Made by a program: the position numbers and the translations under genes
The notes under the pieces: model-generated
The model's input: only the letters and a program-made list of their open reading frames with translations
Told to the model about the DNA's origin: nothing
The model's database searches: none
Shown: piece by piece, positions 26,873-41,358 of the stretch
How positions within the stretch are numbered: the first letter of the stretch is position 1
How the letters are laid out: each line of letters opens with the position of its first letter
Assembly: GCA_000934665.2 (NCBI GenBank)
Contig: JYFJ02002960.1
Location: 1 to 56,939 of the forward strand
Direction of reading: 5' to 3'
From: Catajapyx aquilonaris
Taxonomy: Eukaryota
Length of the DNA: 56,939 bases

Positions 26873-27173
26873 GTAATATCGGGTCCATAATTTCGGGACA
26901 CTTGTGCATTTTCAAATACCTCATCGAGAGGGCAACCGTTACGCCCTTGGTTCCTGCAAGAGACAGGCAAAATGGCCAGGTCTTCTCTGTCTCGACACAT
27001 TCTACAGACAAATGAAATGCTGAAGCGCTTGGAACATTTTAGCCTCAATGTTTTGTCTCAAGAAGTCCAACGGGTGACCGTATGTCCTACGAACAAGAAA
27101 GCACCTGACTAATTTCGTCTTAGAAATTCTGAAGAAGCTTAAACGTGTACTATACCTTTGGACCCACTCTGTA
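26873..27173. mobile_element. Possible decayed Tc1/mariner-type MITE
   Basis: The right end ttggacccactctg-TA resembles a CAG(A/G)GTG terminus. The left end gggtccataatttcgggacac matches only partly. Confidence 0.3.
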
Positions 27174-27416
27174 TACATCACATTATACTTGACGTTTCTA
27201 GATGACCGATATGCAAACTTTTGAACTTCTTTTTCTAACAGCTAAGTTCATGAACTCTACTCCACTTTGAAACATTTTAATTTTTTTTTAAAGGGATCCA
27301 CTTTTTTGTGTTCTTCGACGCATGGCTGCGGCCGGGTTATTGATCGCCCCGCGAGCTTGACATAGTACGTACGGAATATGCATATCTCGTTTAGACAGGC
27401 CTGTGGTCCTACTTAC

Positions 27417-27580
27417 CATTTTGGGCTTGCTGCCTATACTATTGAGATCTTGAAGCGGAATTCCGCCGTTCCTGAGGGTGCAGTAGGAGGCGGCCAGAGC
27501 TGTAGGGTGCAGCCGGGTTGGTGATGTCTCGATTGTTGATATGTGCTGCCTCTTGCGGAAGAACTCGTGTTCCTCTGGAT
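27417..27580 (-). CDS. Coding exon: cytoplasmic domain (absent from the supplied ORF track)
   Basis: Acceptor gtttgacttttag| and donor AAATG|gtaagt; 164 bp, phase 1-0, stop-free. Translates (D)PEEHEFFRKRQHISTIETSPTRLHPTALAASYCTLRNGGIPLQDLNSIGSKPKM. It supplies exactly the phase change needed to link the TM exon to the last exon. Confidence 0.9.
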
Positions 27581-30500
27581 CTAAAAGTCAAACGTTATTG
27601 TTAGGATAGTAACAATTCCATGAATTCCCCACCACCTCCTTACACATTTTTTAAAAAATGACAGGAGCCACACTTGTTACTCTATTTTGCCCTAACATCA
27701 ATACTGAATTCCTCCGTAGACATTGCAGATGTGACTTCTCTCAAAAAATGTCGATGCCCAAAAAAGGACACACCAGAACACGTGGAAATGGAATTGACTG
27801 CCACAAAGTGAATTGTCTGAAACGGATGTCATGCCTTGTTTTATACCAGGAAGGGAGAAAATTTTGGACACTATAAAAAGCCCTGATTTGGAAAAATGCA
27901 GTATGCCACAATTCTCCGGAGTGAATTCACGAAACTTTCTGACTTGATCCTCCTAACCTTCCCCGGGTTCTTTATAGCGTGGAATGCTTCCAAATTCATT
28001 TCCACAAGTATGCAGGAGACCAGGCCTACAAGATGCTGACTCAGTTTCGTTGTAAACATTTGAGGAATGAACCTCCCCCCTCTCCCTCCCTCCTCCTTTA
28101 CTCTCCCCCCACCCTCCAACTCCAACTCCCACCCAACTCTCCGCCTTGATTCAATAACTTATTCCAGTCGTATCCATCAAGGGGAAGGAAAAGGCGACAA
28201 AGAGATGGCACGAGGGAAACGAAATGCGTGCTTTTGCATGGCTTCGTCTTCCATGAAGACTAGTACTGCAGAGATAGAGATAGAGAGAAGAGAAAAAAAA
28301 TGAAGGAGTGAAAAGGAATCAGAGTCCATCCTTTTGATCCTATTCGGTCAGCGGCGAATTTCTCGACTGGACGAGTCGAACCCTACCCGCCCAATCAAGA
28401 TTAATTTCTGGGTGAAAAGCGGTAGCTCCAGTGCAGAAGGGGGTGGAAGAGATGGGGCGGATGAAGGGGATGAGGAGTGGGGCTAGGAAGGGGGCCGACA
28501 GCGTTTCCAGACCAGTCTCCATGCAAATTGGGCAGCCAATTCAAGTGACAAGGCTCGCGCACCATGCAAATATAGAGGGGGTGCTTCCAAGGGTCTGAGT
28601 CCTTAGCGCACAACATTTTCTTTTCAGTTCTTTCAATTTTGCTGGACGTTGCATTGTTAAGATTGGTGCAGACCGTTTCTTTTATTAGGCGTACACATGG
28701 GACACCGAAGATTTCTTGTAAGGCTCAAATAATCTTGTAGGATACGTCTTGTAGTTTGTACTAGTGGTGGTCTTTTATCTCGGGGATGGGAGTTTCAATA
28801 GGGCGGAATTCGTTTTCATTTGCTAGAGAAGGACGATGGATTTTCTTCTTTGGAGATAGTGTAGAGAATCTACATGTAATGATTTTTGAAAACATGAAGT
28901 TGTACGTAGTGACGTCATTGCAGATCATTCTGATATCTGACGGGACGGTAATAATAATTCGGTAGTGCTTTTACCCCTCTTGGGGTGACGGGACAGCAGA
29001 ACAGTCATATGTCGGATTCTGTCAGTATGTCGATTGTCATTCTAAAGTATTTGGGGGGAGATGGACACACCTTTGCTTTTAACATTTCATAGGAATCGTC
29101 AAGTGTTACAGGATAAAAATTTTCACTGTTAGTGGTACAATTCAGATTATCTGTAAAAATTATAGCAAGTCTGACAGCATACGGTATTTCTATTGTGAAT
29201 CCTGTCAAATATTATGTTCAATGCAATTTGAAATTGAATTTTTAGAGCCTATCTTTAATTTTATGGCCTTATATCCTATATGCTGAAAAGATTTCCAAGA
29301 TTTAACTAAATTCGATAGTGCTTCCCTTATGTACATGACATGCTCAATGCGCAAACAATTTCTTTCTTGAAAAATGCATTTTACATGAGCGTGCTCCACG
29401 TGTAAAACAAAATTGATTTCGCGTCAAACTTCAGCATAAGTCACTGGTAAGCGAATGCGGGTTCATAGGGGACCATTTCCCCATCAAATCCCTTTGGGAG
29501 AAGGGGAAAACTCTTTTATACGGAACCATCCGTTGACCAAGTTACGAAAAACCTCCCTGTTTTTGTCCTTCGCCTATCTTCCTTTTTCTGGTTCTATATT
29601 TGAAACAGTCAAGTTTAGGAAGTGTCACTCCCTTCTAGAAATAGGCTGTGTCCAAGTACCTCTTCCAGTGGTAGTATGTATGGAAACCTTTCCAACTTAA
29701 GCAATTATTTTAAAATCTTACTGTACATCTTTTGATATGTTCAACCTTTCAATTTCTGGATTACAAAACTGCTAATTATTCAGTACTGTTAAAATAATGG
29801 GTGAGAGCAGTTTCAGGGAAGTTATTGATTCACCACGTCAAGTCAAATTCTTCACAAACCGTGATATACAGTATAGTTTCTCTGCTGCACGTAAATTGCA
29901 CAGAAATTGGGTTTCAGTTCCTTATTATGGCCCAGAGAGAGGCAGGCAGGATGAAATGGCCTTGGAGATGGGAGGAGAGGGGAACTTGGTTGTATCCTGT
30001 ATAGTGTATATGGTATGCTACAAGACTTTCTTTCTACCGCACATATACGTACGATATAAAGAAAGCAACAAAAATATAAAGATCTATTTGCCGAAAAGAA
30101 GAAAATCTTCTGAAGTAGTTCCATCAGTAGTTTAATAGAAATCTGTCATTATGTTTAACACCCAATGGTATTTTAGAACAATATCTCATTATAGATGTCT
30201 AATAAAAAAGTAATACCATTTTGAAAATGTCGTTGAAGGTAATAATTGTGAAGACAGCAGATCTACATTATTTAACATTTAATATTATTATTACAAATCT
30301 AGCTAATTTTGTTCTTTATTGAGCAGAAAACATAATAATGTTGAGTCTCTGGCATTAATGAGCAACTCATATGACTCCTCTAGGAAAGGAAGGGCTATTA
30401 GGTGGGTTAATAATTTAAATTTGGAATTTTTTTCTCAGTTGTAATCAACAAGTACCATTTTATTATATCAATTATCAATACCGAATTTTCATTCATTATT

Positions 30501-33500
30501 ATTGAAAAGTGCTTAGGAAGATAAAATAATTCTTCAGTTTGGTGTACTCTTACAGACATATTGGATCCAACGCAAAGCAAAATTGAACAAGGATAGCAAT
30601 AATCCACCTAAGCAACAAAAGGAGTCAAGTTTATTCATATCAGTTACGAAAAGAACACAGCCGGCTCCGGTTATCCGCGGTAATTGGCTCCAAGCTCCGC
30701 GGATAAGTTAAATCCGACGATAAACCGAACTTTATGTTTCTAAGGCAACATTTGTAAGGCTGTTTTGGCCACAATGGAGCCAATGCTGCCAAAATCAACT
30801 AGGAAAATTCTCTCTTAGAAATTCGTTGTCCACCTAAATCGGAGAGTCCCTGCACACCTTTCCTACCACCCTGTATAGTGAATAGGCAAAGCGTGAAAAA
30901 GGCAACACGGTTCTACTTTTGTTAGTGACATTGCAAATCCCAAGCGATTGGTTGGCCACAGGAGATCCGCTTAATACGGATCAACCATCACCTGTTACAG
31001 ACGCGACTCCAAACGACAGAGTACACTAACGTGTAACTGGAAAACAGTCATGCAAGAAGAAGCACAGCCACACCCACACGAAAGCTGCCATTAGTAGGTT
31101 GGGACTACAGTATTCAAAGGAAGAAAGACGCAAAATAGAGTACAGTTCAGATTGTGTCTCTCTGCCAATTTCTCTGCAACAACCTGATCGTCTTGGGAAC
31201 AGGTTTTGGTTGAATGTAAATCCTTACTTGTAAGTAGATATTTCTTGATCATTACACAAGGTGTACTTTCAAGCTATATGAAAGGGAGCATCGATTCGCA
31301 ATATTGTCTATCGATGTATATCGGTAGAGGTGAATGTAGCGTGTTGGGAAGAAGGAGACTGCACCTGAAGGAGGCTGAGTCGACAAGTACTTTGACATGG
31401 GGCACTCTAGGGTTTAGAGAGCCTCGTTGGCGGCCCGCTTCCTGCTTCTGAGAGCTTCCAAGCCAGGAAGCAGCCCTATCGCCACCCATCTCCTCTGACC
31501 AACCTTCCCCCCGTCCTCTCCCCTCTTATCCTTCCCATCCTGCTAACTCTAAAAAAGAGACTTTATGGTTCGTCAGTAGGCTACTTCTTTCAAGCGGTAC
31601 AACATGCTCGACCTATTGCCTTTACTAATTCTGCTTACTTTTCAAGTTGAGTGAGGTAGCTAGTTATAATGCATGTTTTCTATGTGGAACGATACCTGTA
31701 TCACAGGTCAATATGGGGGAATGGGAGGAATGGCCTCTGAAAATGTGGGCTTTTGTACAAAAAATGTATCCCTTCGATCTTTACAGTGTCAAACACTAAC
31801 AATGGCATATGGTATATGCTCTTGCAAAACCCAGTCTATTATCAGGCTGTGCTCTCGTAGAGGATAAATAATGCTAGGCAATATACAGCTAAATAAATAA
31901 CCGTTAATGCTGAATAAGTGTAAATGATGCTTGGAGTTTTCAACGTATATCAGTGACACAGCTGGAGCTTCTTTGTTGTAATAATGGAGGTATTAGCAAT
32001 ACACGTCTAGGCTAGAAAACTGCCCTTTTCGTTTTCTCATGTATCAAGTACTAGTTGATACAGTTTAGTAATTTTTAGTAATAACATCCTATTAATAGTG
32101 AAATTTTTTGGATATTTCGTTGACAGCTAATTAAATAAACTGTTTATTACTGCGAAAACATTGATTTTTCTAGCCACATTTTTGTTTCTATAGAGCGGCA
32201 GGCCTCCAGGCGTTTCAGGAAAAATACAGAGAAAACAAAAATAATGTTTCCTGTTTATTCTGGTTCAATAATCAGAGTTGAGGGGAAGTCCCTATGGTGA
32301 AATACAGTAAAGGCATCATAATGTTACACTCAAATCTTCCATTAATAGTGGTAATCATAAAAGTGCTGAATCACGGATTCATAGTAGAAGAACATAGAAA
32401 TAAACAACAATTATTGGAATACTACTGCAACAAATTAAAATTTAGAGGGTCTTGCTTTGTGATTTTATTGTTTCAATATTAAACTAGATTGGAAAATCAC
32501 GCGAGAGGGATTCCAGTCGACCTTTTCTTATTGCGAATGAAATTGTAATTGGACAACTACGACATAGAATGTTGTCCGAATCATTTATCGTTGTCAAGGA
32601 ACCCAAGGGCACCCGCCTATAGACTTGACCTTGTCGGATAGAGTGGACACAGAAAACCGGAAGTTGATCATGTCCGCTGAATCCGAATTCGTAAACCGTT
32701 TGCACAAGATAATTGTAAGGTATTTTTGTTGCTGTTGTTGCTATCAACAACTTGATTCCACAAGATATAATCAGGATTATTTTGTTTATTTTTTTTTGGT
32801 TTTTGGTTTTGAGAGTGCCTGGCAAGAAGCTACTGATTACGATGTCATTCTATCATCTATGATCGGATGTTAGAATCAGAGGGTAAGCCACCTAGAGCGA
32901 ATCCCAGCTCGCCCCATTCCCCCTTACTCTTCTCCTCCTTTTGAACCAGTGATTTCCATATAGTCTTAATAGTTATGAAAATGACCAACAAAAACCTTCC
33001 AGTTTTGAATGAAATGCAATGGTATGGAGTCATAATCACCCCAATCTGCAAAATTTGAAAGGTCACTAATTGATGGCGGAAATACATGGGCGAGCTGCTT
33101 TAACTAGGCCCCCTTCTGCCCCTATGTGATTAAAGTGACGCAAGGGTTGGCTTCAGTTGCTTCGGCCTTTTGGATTTGATATTAATTAAAACTGAATGAG
33201 CGATAGTTAGGAGCCCATATATGAAGGATAAAGGTTAGTACTCAATGGTTATAAATTGAGGGGCGGTTTCCACACATGGGATGCCATGGTAATGTATTTA
33301 AACTCTAATCTCGATAGGACGCCAGTTATAATTACCATGATGCTGCAATTTTCCTCAAGTATCGTGAATAATTACACCTACTAGAAATTACTGTCGTTAT
33401 TCGTAAGCTAATGAACGTAACAAGGCACTTCGTATATCAAAATAATTAAAACTTCAGAATATATGGGATGTATGGTAGCCTGTTTTGGAAACAAAGATAA

Positions 33501-35572
33501 TATCCAAAATATTTTAAAACCCTAGTGGATGCTCCACGATATTACTTATTAATGTCTAAGTAGCCAACAATAAGAGTCTGAAAAGAAATCGTTGTTCTAG
33601 CCGCTATATTGTATAATTATGTCAGAACGTTTTGTACTCATTTTAAAAATGATTTTTCATTCTAATTTTCAATTTTATGACGAATGTTTTTTAAATGCTC
33701 AATAGCTTTCTTTTGGAAAATGACACACGGCAATGATTGACTGCAAAAGAAAAATTCCTCGATGTTTTTATATAGTGGCAGATAAATTCGGCCCAAAATG
33801 AGGCTAAGTGGGTTTTGGGTATAATTCTTCAGACATTTTAAATGGCCAAACATAGTTACTTTTGGAATGCGGTAATAGAATCGTCGTCGTCCAGAATGAA
33901 ATATAACTTATAATGCATTTGTCAACAGAACAAACGACATGGCTGTAGCTGAACTGGGATGCAAATACTCATCGGAAAAATTTGCAGAGCTACAGCACTT
34001 AGAATAAGCCCAAGATATATATGCATACTATGCAGTTGACAAGAACACTTTGCATTCCAGCAAATGACCTCCCTTGACGGCTTTTCTTCCAAGTGCTCAA
34101 CTAGTCCTGAAAAATCCGGAATTTAGCCGAAACTGCTATCAAATGTCAGATTATGACAATCTGCTACCTAACATATACCTCACAATGTACCTGGTGTCCA
34201 ACAAGAATTGTCGCAAGCGGCAGCGCACGAACTACAGTCTCTCGTATACCTGTGCTCGTAGATTGTAGTTCGTGCGCTGCCGCTGCGACAATTCTTGTTG
34301 GACTGATAGGACCACCACTTTCATAATGCCACTTACAAGTCAACCTAAGTTTACCCAAATGGGCTCACCAAATGTCTCACTTATTCTTCAGACCTAACAA
34401 ATGAATGAGACAAGGGCATGCAAATAATTGGCAGAATAAACGCGCAATTGAAGTAGTGCCTAGGGCAGGAAAGATTAGAATTGCAGCTTTCCGAAGCGGA
34501 AGCACATTAAGTCGGTATCAGGTGCACATTCCCTATTTATGTTTCCCCATGTAATGCGCATCATTTCCCCTTAAATTGTATGGCACAGTGCATGCAGAAT
34601 TGGAGAGAATTTCAGTATGATATTCATAGCTCTGCCTCAAGCATTATACAATAAGTTATGGGGCTATTGTGGCTGGTGGAGGTCCGGACCCTAAGGGTTT
34701 ATGCATGCAGGATACAAGAGGATCCGCCAGGATCAGCATGTTGATGGTTGCGACGGTCGATAGGCATTGTGGAGAAAAGGGCTTTCTCCCGCTTCTACAC
34801 CCACACTTTGCCCGAGTAGAAATGGTTTCGGCCAGGGGTTTGAATTGATCTTGACTATTCATTAGCCTAAAAGGGGAGGGGAGGAGGGACCAGGCTCACC
34901 CTGTGTCTCCTCCCCACTACCTTGAACCGGTACAGCCTGTACATAGGAACGCATACTCCCTTCATCTACATACTAACACGTGGCCATCTCCATTCCAGTG
35001 CATCAACGGCTCAGCGCCAGATGCTTTGGGATACGCGCGTCACGACGTTCTCGACATTTATCGCATGCAATGAGCTCCCTCGGTGAGTGAAACGCGACAG
35101 GAGCGACGCCTACTAGAGAAAAGCCGTGAGACGTCACTACAAGATGTGTGGAGTTCACATGTGGTATACCTCCAATAGTGGGCTATTCAGATTCTCAATG
35201 CTGCTAACGAGATTTAGCGAAATTAGGTATTTGAATTTTGCAGTACACCTATTATAAAGTCACTGATATGGGCCTTTTAAGCCATCACATTACCCACAGT
35301 TTATCCCCACTCTAGCTGAATGTGACCGATTACTGAAGTTTTGACCATTGATACACATTCGATTACGTCATCTAGGGAATATAAATCAATGAACATCCAA
35401 TGAGCATTGGAAAATCGGAAATACATGTCTCTCTGGGACCGGATTCGAGACTTGAATACGTGTAGCATTTGCTTTCCCTAATATTGAGGTAGTCTACTGT
35501 ACGCCAACGTAGTCTAGTGTGCCTTAATAAGATAATCTCTTATTAACCACAATTTTCTAAAATCTTACTGTT

Positions 35573-35700
35573 GGCACGGTGGTGTAGTGGGTAACGTCAC
35601 AGCCTTCCACCTCCATGCAGAAAGTGTTTCGTGACGCTCTCTACGTGTTTGCGTGGGGTTTCTCGGAGTTCTGCCATTTCCTCCCACACTCTAAAAATAT
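35573..35700 (+). mobile_element. Degenerate tRNA-derived SINE with V-domain-like core
   Basis: The A-box-like GGCACGGTGGTGTAGTGG is followed by CTCTCTACGTGTTTGCGTGGGGTTTCTCGGAGTTCTGCCATTTCCTCCCACACTCTAAAAA, which resembles the V-SINE core as I recall it. The B-box is missing and no TSD is seen. Confidence 0.65.
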
Positions 35701-37947
35701 ATATTTTTCTGCTCCCCCAACCAACTGTCTAAAAAATTGTGCTGGCCGTAGCTCTTAATTCACTCAAGTATCGGGATTCATTCGTAATGCAGAGGAAGAT
35801 TACACTTGATTAACTTTGTAATGAAAAAAACCATAGTTGCCTAATTCTTAATAGCAGTGTATATTACTGAACTATGGAAAGCAAAAACGTTAGTTAACTT
35901 CCCCTAGCTATTCACTGGTGACAGAAGAAACCAAAGAGGTCGTTCAGCTAATTATTATCAATTACCTGACCCCTTTAACATGCAACCCACAAAGATTGTG
36001 AAAGGCAGCATGTATTATCAGTTTATGAAAAATATAAGCGCATTTATAGGAAACTTTCAGAATGTACCATATTACCCTTCTAGCTATACAGAATACAATC
36101 ATGTGTACTACTGTACATGGTGGTTTCGTATCCAGACATTGTTTAATTACTGTATACGGTATAAAGCTCGGATGTGATGTACAAGTATTTGTGCGGACTT
36201 GTTTGTTTATTGGCTTGTACAGTACCATATTACAATGAAAATTTACGAACTATTATTAGATATCATGATGTGCCAGCGAAAATGGGTTTCTTATAGGATC
36301 AAGTAATTTCCACGAGTCCATGCAATCTTAACCCCTCCTGATTTGTTTGTTTAGCTGTCTTATGGTGTGTTTAGTAGTAACGTTGAGACAGTGATATATA
36401 TTTTTAAAGAAATTATTACAATGAAACCACTGATAAAATGCAGCCCATGTTGATGTGCCTGGCTGGGGAGTGGTCCCTTTCAGATGTCACCAAGGGAAAC
36501 ACGATTTGTGATGCTATTAAATTTTATCATATCTTGTTTATTGTTTATAATCTGCATAAAATAATGGGTTGCATAGTATGGATGACTATGTAGAATGCCA
36601 CCTTTGCAAGAACTATCCCATATTGAGCCTTACCTTTTTGAAAGGTCACATTGGAATTTGCAAAATATCCCATGCAACAGTTAAGCTCTTCAATATTATG
36701 GGCCTGAGCCTTTATTCAAATAACCCCTCCTATTGTGCTTGGATATTTGAAGCGCGCTCATCGCTCCAGTGCTTGACATGGCCAGAGTCAAACTCGATGC
36801 TCCAATACAGACTTTCTGAAATGTTTCGGCAATATGATACTCCAATACTTGGAAGGTTTCAATATTATGAGACTACCGCTTCCCTGCAATTGCAAAACTT
36901 ACTCAAAAACCTGATGTGACTTATTCCGGAAAAAAGTGAAGCCAGGCAAGTTTTATGCAATCATAGCAAGAATGCAGGTACTGCTTTTTGAAAATAGCGA
37001 TATTGCCTGTATATTGATTTCATATAACGAAGATACCGATGTTCTCCTATCAATTTGATCACATAAGTAAGTCTTTGTATTGTTTCCATCAACGTGGAGT
37101 GACCAAACAAATCACAATAATTACTGCATATTTCGCGCATTAGATGAAAATGATTTTGCATAAACTATGAGCATTAGATAAAGGAATGGTTGTACTTCTT
37201 CTGAAATATTTTTATGCATTAGGTTTTGTTACACACGCAAAAATGTACAGACAGAACTAACACAACTTTATCTGACCTGATTCGCCTGAGCCTCAAAAGG
37301 GAACTCCAACATTCAGCTCAATTTTTATCAGTTTAGCGACTATTGCCATTTTGATTCGTCGCTCCCTAAATGTCCTCTTAAGATAACGACAAATGGGTTG
37401 TGCTTAAAACTACACAGTGCACATCTGGCAGTTTCAACATCCTTCATACCAGACGCATGTATATAAACCTCTCTGAACTCGAGCAACCTTTGAGTAAAGC
37501 AAGCCTAGTAATAAGCATATCGAACCAAGAGGTGTAATCCAGCTATTTGAGCACGTCGTAGTCTCTCTTAGTATTCCAGCCAAGCAAGTCGTACTCGTGC
37601 AGCCAAGATGGAACCGAAATAGTGTTGTAGCACCGGGTTCTTGAGGAAAGTAGGCCACTTCATAGGGCTAACTGGCAAGTTCGCTACTTGCTGACAAGAA
37701 CTAACACGGCAGGAAGATGGGACGGGGGAAGGAGGGATGGTGGGACTGAGGGAGTGCAGTGGGGTGGGGAAGAGCGGCACATCCCCTAAAGCTCTCCCAA
37801 CTCAACTACACCGCCTTAGACTAACACGATATGAACTTTGTGGGCTTTTGGGAAAAGGCAAGCTAGGGAAAGCAGGCCAGCAGCCAGCTGAGAGCCCTAA
37901 ATTGAAAAGGCGTCCGAATGAAAGTGGGCAAATCAAAGAGCGCTTAC

Positions 37948-38184
37948 CATTCGGCTGAGGGATGATGTCCGGGTTCTTTTCGTCCGAATCGACTCCTTCA
38001 CCCGGATCCAGCTTGAGGGGGGTACTGGCCTTGTCTCGACCCACGTCTCCTTTCCTCTTGTCCTCGTGAGAGCATTGCAGGCGGAGGACCACCAGGACCA
38101 CCACGGCCACTACCACCAGTGCGGCCACCACCCCCACCAGGATGCTCACCAGTGGCGTGAACGGAAATCCCGCTTTTGGTTTTT
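37948..38184 (-). CDS. Coding exon: transmembrane helix and juxtamembrane cytoplasmic region
   Basis: Acceptor ccgtcttctaattccag| and donor AATG|gtaagc; 237 bp, phase 1-1. Translates (E)KPKAGFPFTPLVSILVGVVAALVVVAVVVLVVLRLQCSHEDKRKG...DSDEKNPDIIPQPN: a hydrophobic helix, a basic stop-transfer stretch and the Side-family NPDIIP motif. Confidence 0.95.
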
Positions 38185-41100
38185 CTGGAATTAGAAGACG
38201 GAGATTCACACGGATTGTCAGAGTGAATGTATGGTCATACTATAGTGTACATGTAACTTTGGAATCAACATGTGCCACTTGGTATAATGATAAAGACTGC
38301 ATAATGGTTTTCAAAGGACAGTATAGACAATGGCATAGCTCGCGATTTGGAGCCATAGCAGCAAGGAAAGCTTTTGCTGAAGATTCATGCTGAAAACCTG
38401 TGATATTCTAAACTGACTTCATGCATGAATACTGTACATACAAAAGAGGATTGAATTCTATGAAGGAATGGCAGTTTCTTTCATTATGATGCGCCAGAAA
38501 TGGACGATTCAATACAGCCTTTCATCTGTGAGAGAGCAGTCCACAACTGTCACTACGAAACTGAATGTAATAGGATGACCTGGAAACCTAGATTTACTGA
38601 AAGATAATTCGGCTTTCTTATGGTATATGCATATGCATGAGAAAAACCGTGGATATATTATACATGATTTCTAGCTCACTAATGTCATATTATGTAAACT
38701 TGTGTCCGGAAATAAGTGAGACTGAAAGCTTGCAATCTGAGTTGGACAGTATGGTGTGTGATGAAGTTGATATCAGAAATAGCCTTATGACGTACTGTAG
38801 CATAAGTAATTCACGAAACCTTCAGTGATTGGTTGATTGAATAATAGAAAATCTGTATGTATTAATAAAATGCTTGAAAAGAATAACTATAGCCTTTTCT
38901 TCCATCAACTTATAAATATTGCTGCAGCAAAAGCAGCATATGAAAATTTCACGGCATAAAGTTGAGAACAATGGTCAGGTAAAGCTAGACAATAATTACC
39001 GAAACATTGTTGGCTGCCGCAATTCTTCTGATAATTTAGTTTAATAAAGGGAGGGAATTTATGGCGCATTAAGGCCCGTGTTCCACTTGGAGAGAGATGG
39101 AAACCGAGCCGTACTCTTCTTGTGAAAAGACGCATGGGAAGATAGCAAGAAAGGTAATTATGGCATTAGCATAATTAAGCAGGCTAGGGGAAAAGTAGAA
39201 TTTTTGATTCCGGCAGCTCGAACAGCAGGAGGAAGAATCAAGCGCAAAATAAGGGTTTAAAAACTTTAAAACATTAGTTTTTTTTGCTATATTCACATCC
39301 TTTTTTGTCATTCTCCCAAGTACAGCGCACTGCAGTGCTGCTGCATCAAATGCATGCACTAATAAGTTCCACACAGTGGATGTTTACCCCCAGGGCCCTG
39401 GATGTTTCCTTGAAGATTAACTAAAGTGTGAATGGTGTTTTTTCCGGCCACTATTTACGTTTTGGGAACGCTTCTGATGCCAGTTGCACCAAAAAGTCTG
39501 CTGCTAGGCGTAGTTTGAATAAAATAAAGTTAAATTAACAATTAATTTTTATCTTGCTTATAATATATTATACTCCCACTGTGAAGCACAGGTGCAGTCA
39601 GTGTTATACACTACTCTACCGTAATATCCATAATTCTGCCTCTTTCGATTCGACCAAGTACTTAAATATCAGGCCATTTATTGGCGATTTGATTTTTGGA
39701 ACACAAGTCACATGGAGTTAAGACCTGAGAAGTATGAAGTTCTTTCATCCCCAGCTTACTACTTGTGCCACAAGGGTCGCTCTGGACCAGGGGCAATCAT
39801 CTTTTGACAATGCGGCCTGCGTGGGAGCCATTTCTCTCTTATTTCATCGGTCGACTTATAATTCAGCAGCCATCAAAGAAAAGAGCCAGCCATGGCTACA
39901 ACACCTAATGCCTTTTTAAACATAGTGCATGTCCAGGGTTTCGAATAAAAAAGAGACCATTATTTCTTTTCCATCCCACGTGTAATGCATTTCAGTTTTG
40001 CCCATGTTGGTTAATGTGCTTCCGTGATGGGCAAGGTGGAAAATAGGCAAGCCGGGGAGGTCTAGTTGGCACAGCTTCCTTCACGTCTGCCTAGCTTAAA
40101 ATAATTTCTGGTGGCAGGCACGTCAGGCCTGTCGGATGGAGATAGGGAGGCGCGATTCTGCACAGTTCAGCTTAACTGACGCCCTCCGGCCCAATTCGCT
40201 CCTCCAGGATTCCAGGCACGCTTTAGACAAGCGTTACCTGATGTCACAAATCCAACCAGCTCCAACACTATATTGGTTTTTAAAAGTGTCGCGCCTCGGC
40301 ATGGGATGACCCCCTAGGTCTATTCTCAGGGAGCCAGATGGCCGTATAAGGCGAGGACGCTGTCTTGAACTTCGACGTTCTTCACCAGCCACATCCTGGG
40401 ATGTGCAGATTATTTTGGAACGAATTTCCATTATTTGGATACATGTTTTAGTGGGCCTGCTCAGTACTTCATGAAGACAGGAAATACCTACTTTGCAGGG
40501 TACCAACATAGAATTGCGCCCCTCCTATGAATTACTGTACAAATTTAGAAACAAAATTGTTTTATTTATGGCGATTTAGTTGCGATTTAGGATTTGTATT
40601 GTGACATCAGAACACGAGTCAGCTTCAGCGGACGACAGTTGATATAACATTTGCTGTTCTTGAAACCCAATCAGAGATATTGCTTTGTACATTAGTGTAT
40701 GAAATCGATAACTACACAAGCCCTATACTCGAGCCAGTAGGAATCAAGTTGAAAGGAAAACTTTTTCTTCGCAGCGACTTCCATCAGAACATCATCAAAT
40801 AGCAAGACTGTATCTATATGAATAGCCTTTTAATACTTTGTCGAATGCACCTTATGCAAAGTTCTATGCATAATGCCATATCCAGGCCATTTCAATATAA
40901 TTCAACATTTTATTCGAAAATACATCGTATTCCCCCATTTCTAATGGATTAGGTGAACTAGCTAGTTTCTTATTAAAAGGACCTGTTCAAGGCTATCCTG
41001 AGTAGCCCCGCAACCCAAAATACAAAAATTAGGCCTATCTTGTAGTGTATATTCTATGCACCTAGTTTTACGCTGAAGGCATCTATGTTCGCCACTTACT

Positions 41101-41197
41101 GTATCTTTGATGTGGTAGTGTTGCTACCTAGCGGCATTGGTAGTATTCAAAAAATGTTGCCACATGGTGAACAGTTTGATTAATAGATTGAGATGTA

Positions 41198-41358
41198 CAG
41201 TGTTGGTCATAAATCGAGGCAACTGCCAGCGACATTTTCCGAAGCTGCAGAAGAAGGAATCGAAGACAAGCATACTTACAAGCCGGGCGAGCAAGATTCC
41301 TTCTTCTGCCGCTTCGGAAAATGTCGCTGGCAGTTGCCTCGATATATGACCAACACTG
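41198..41358. mobile_element. Tc1-like MITE, 161 bp
   Basis: 64-bp TIRs (41198-41261 and 41295-41358, 2 mismatches) beginning CAGTGTTGGTCAT, a 33-bp spacer, and TA on both sides. Confidence 0.88.

Noticed and set aside
30657..30995. Possible decayed pogo/Tigger-like MITE (ttatccg/cggataa motifs)
   Set aside because: The terminal match is too degenerate to support.
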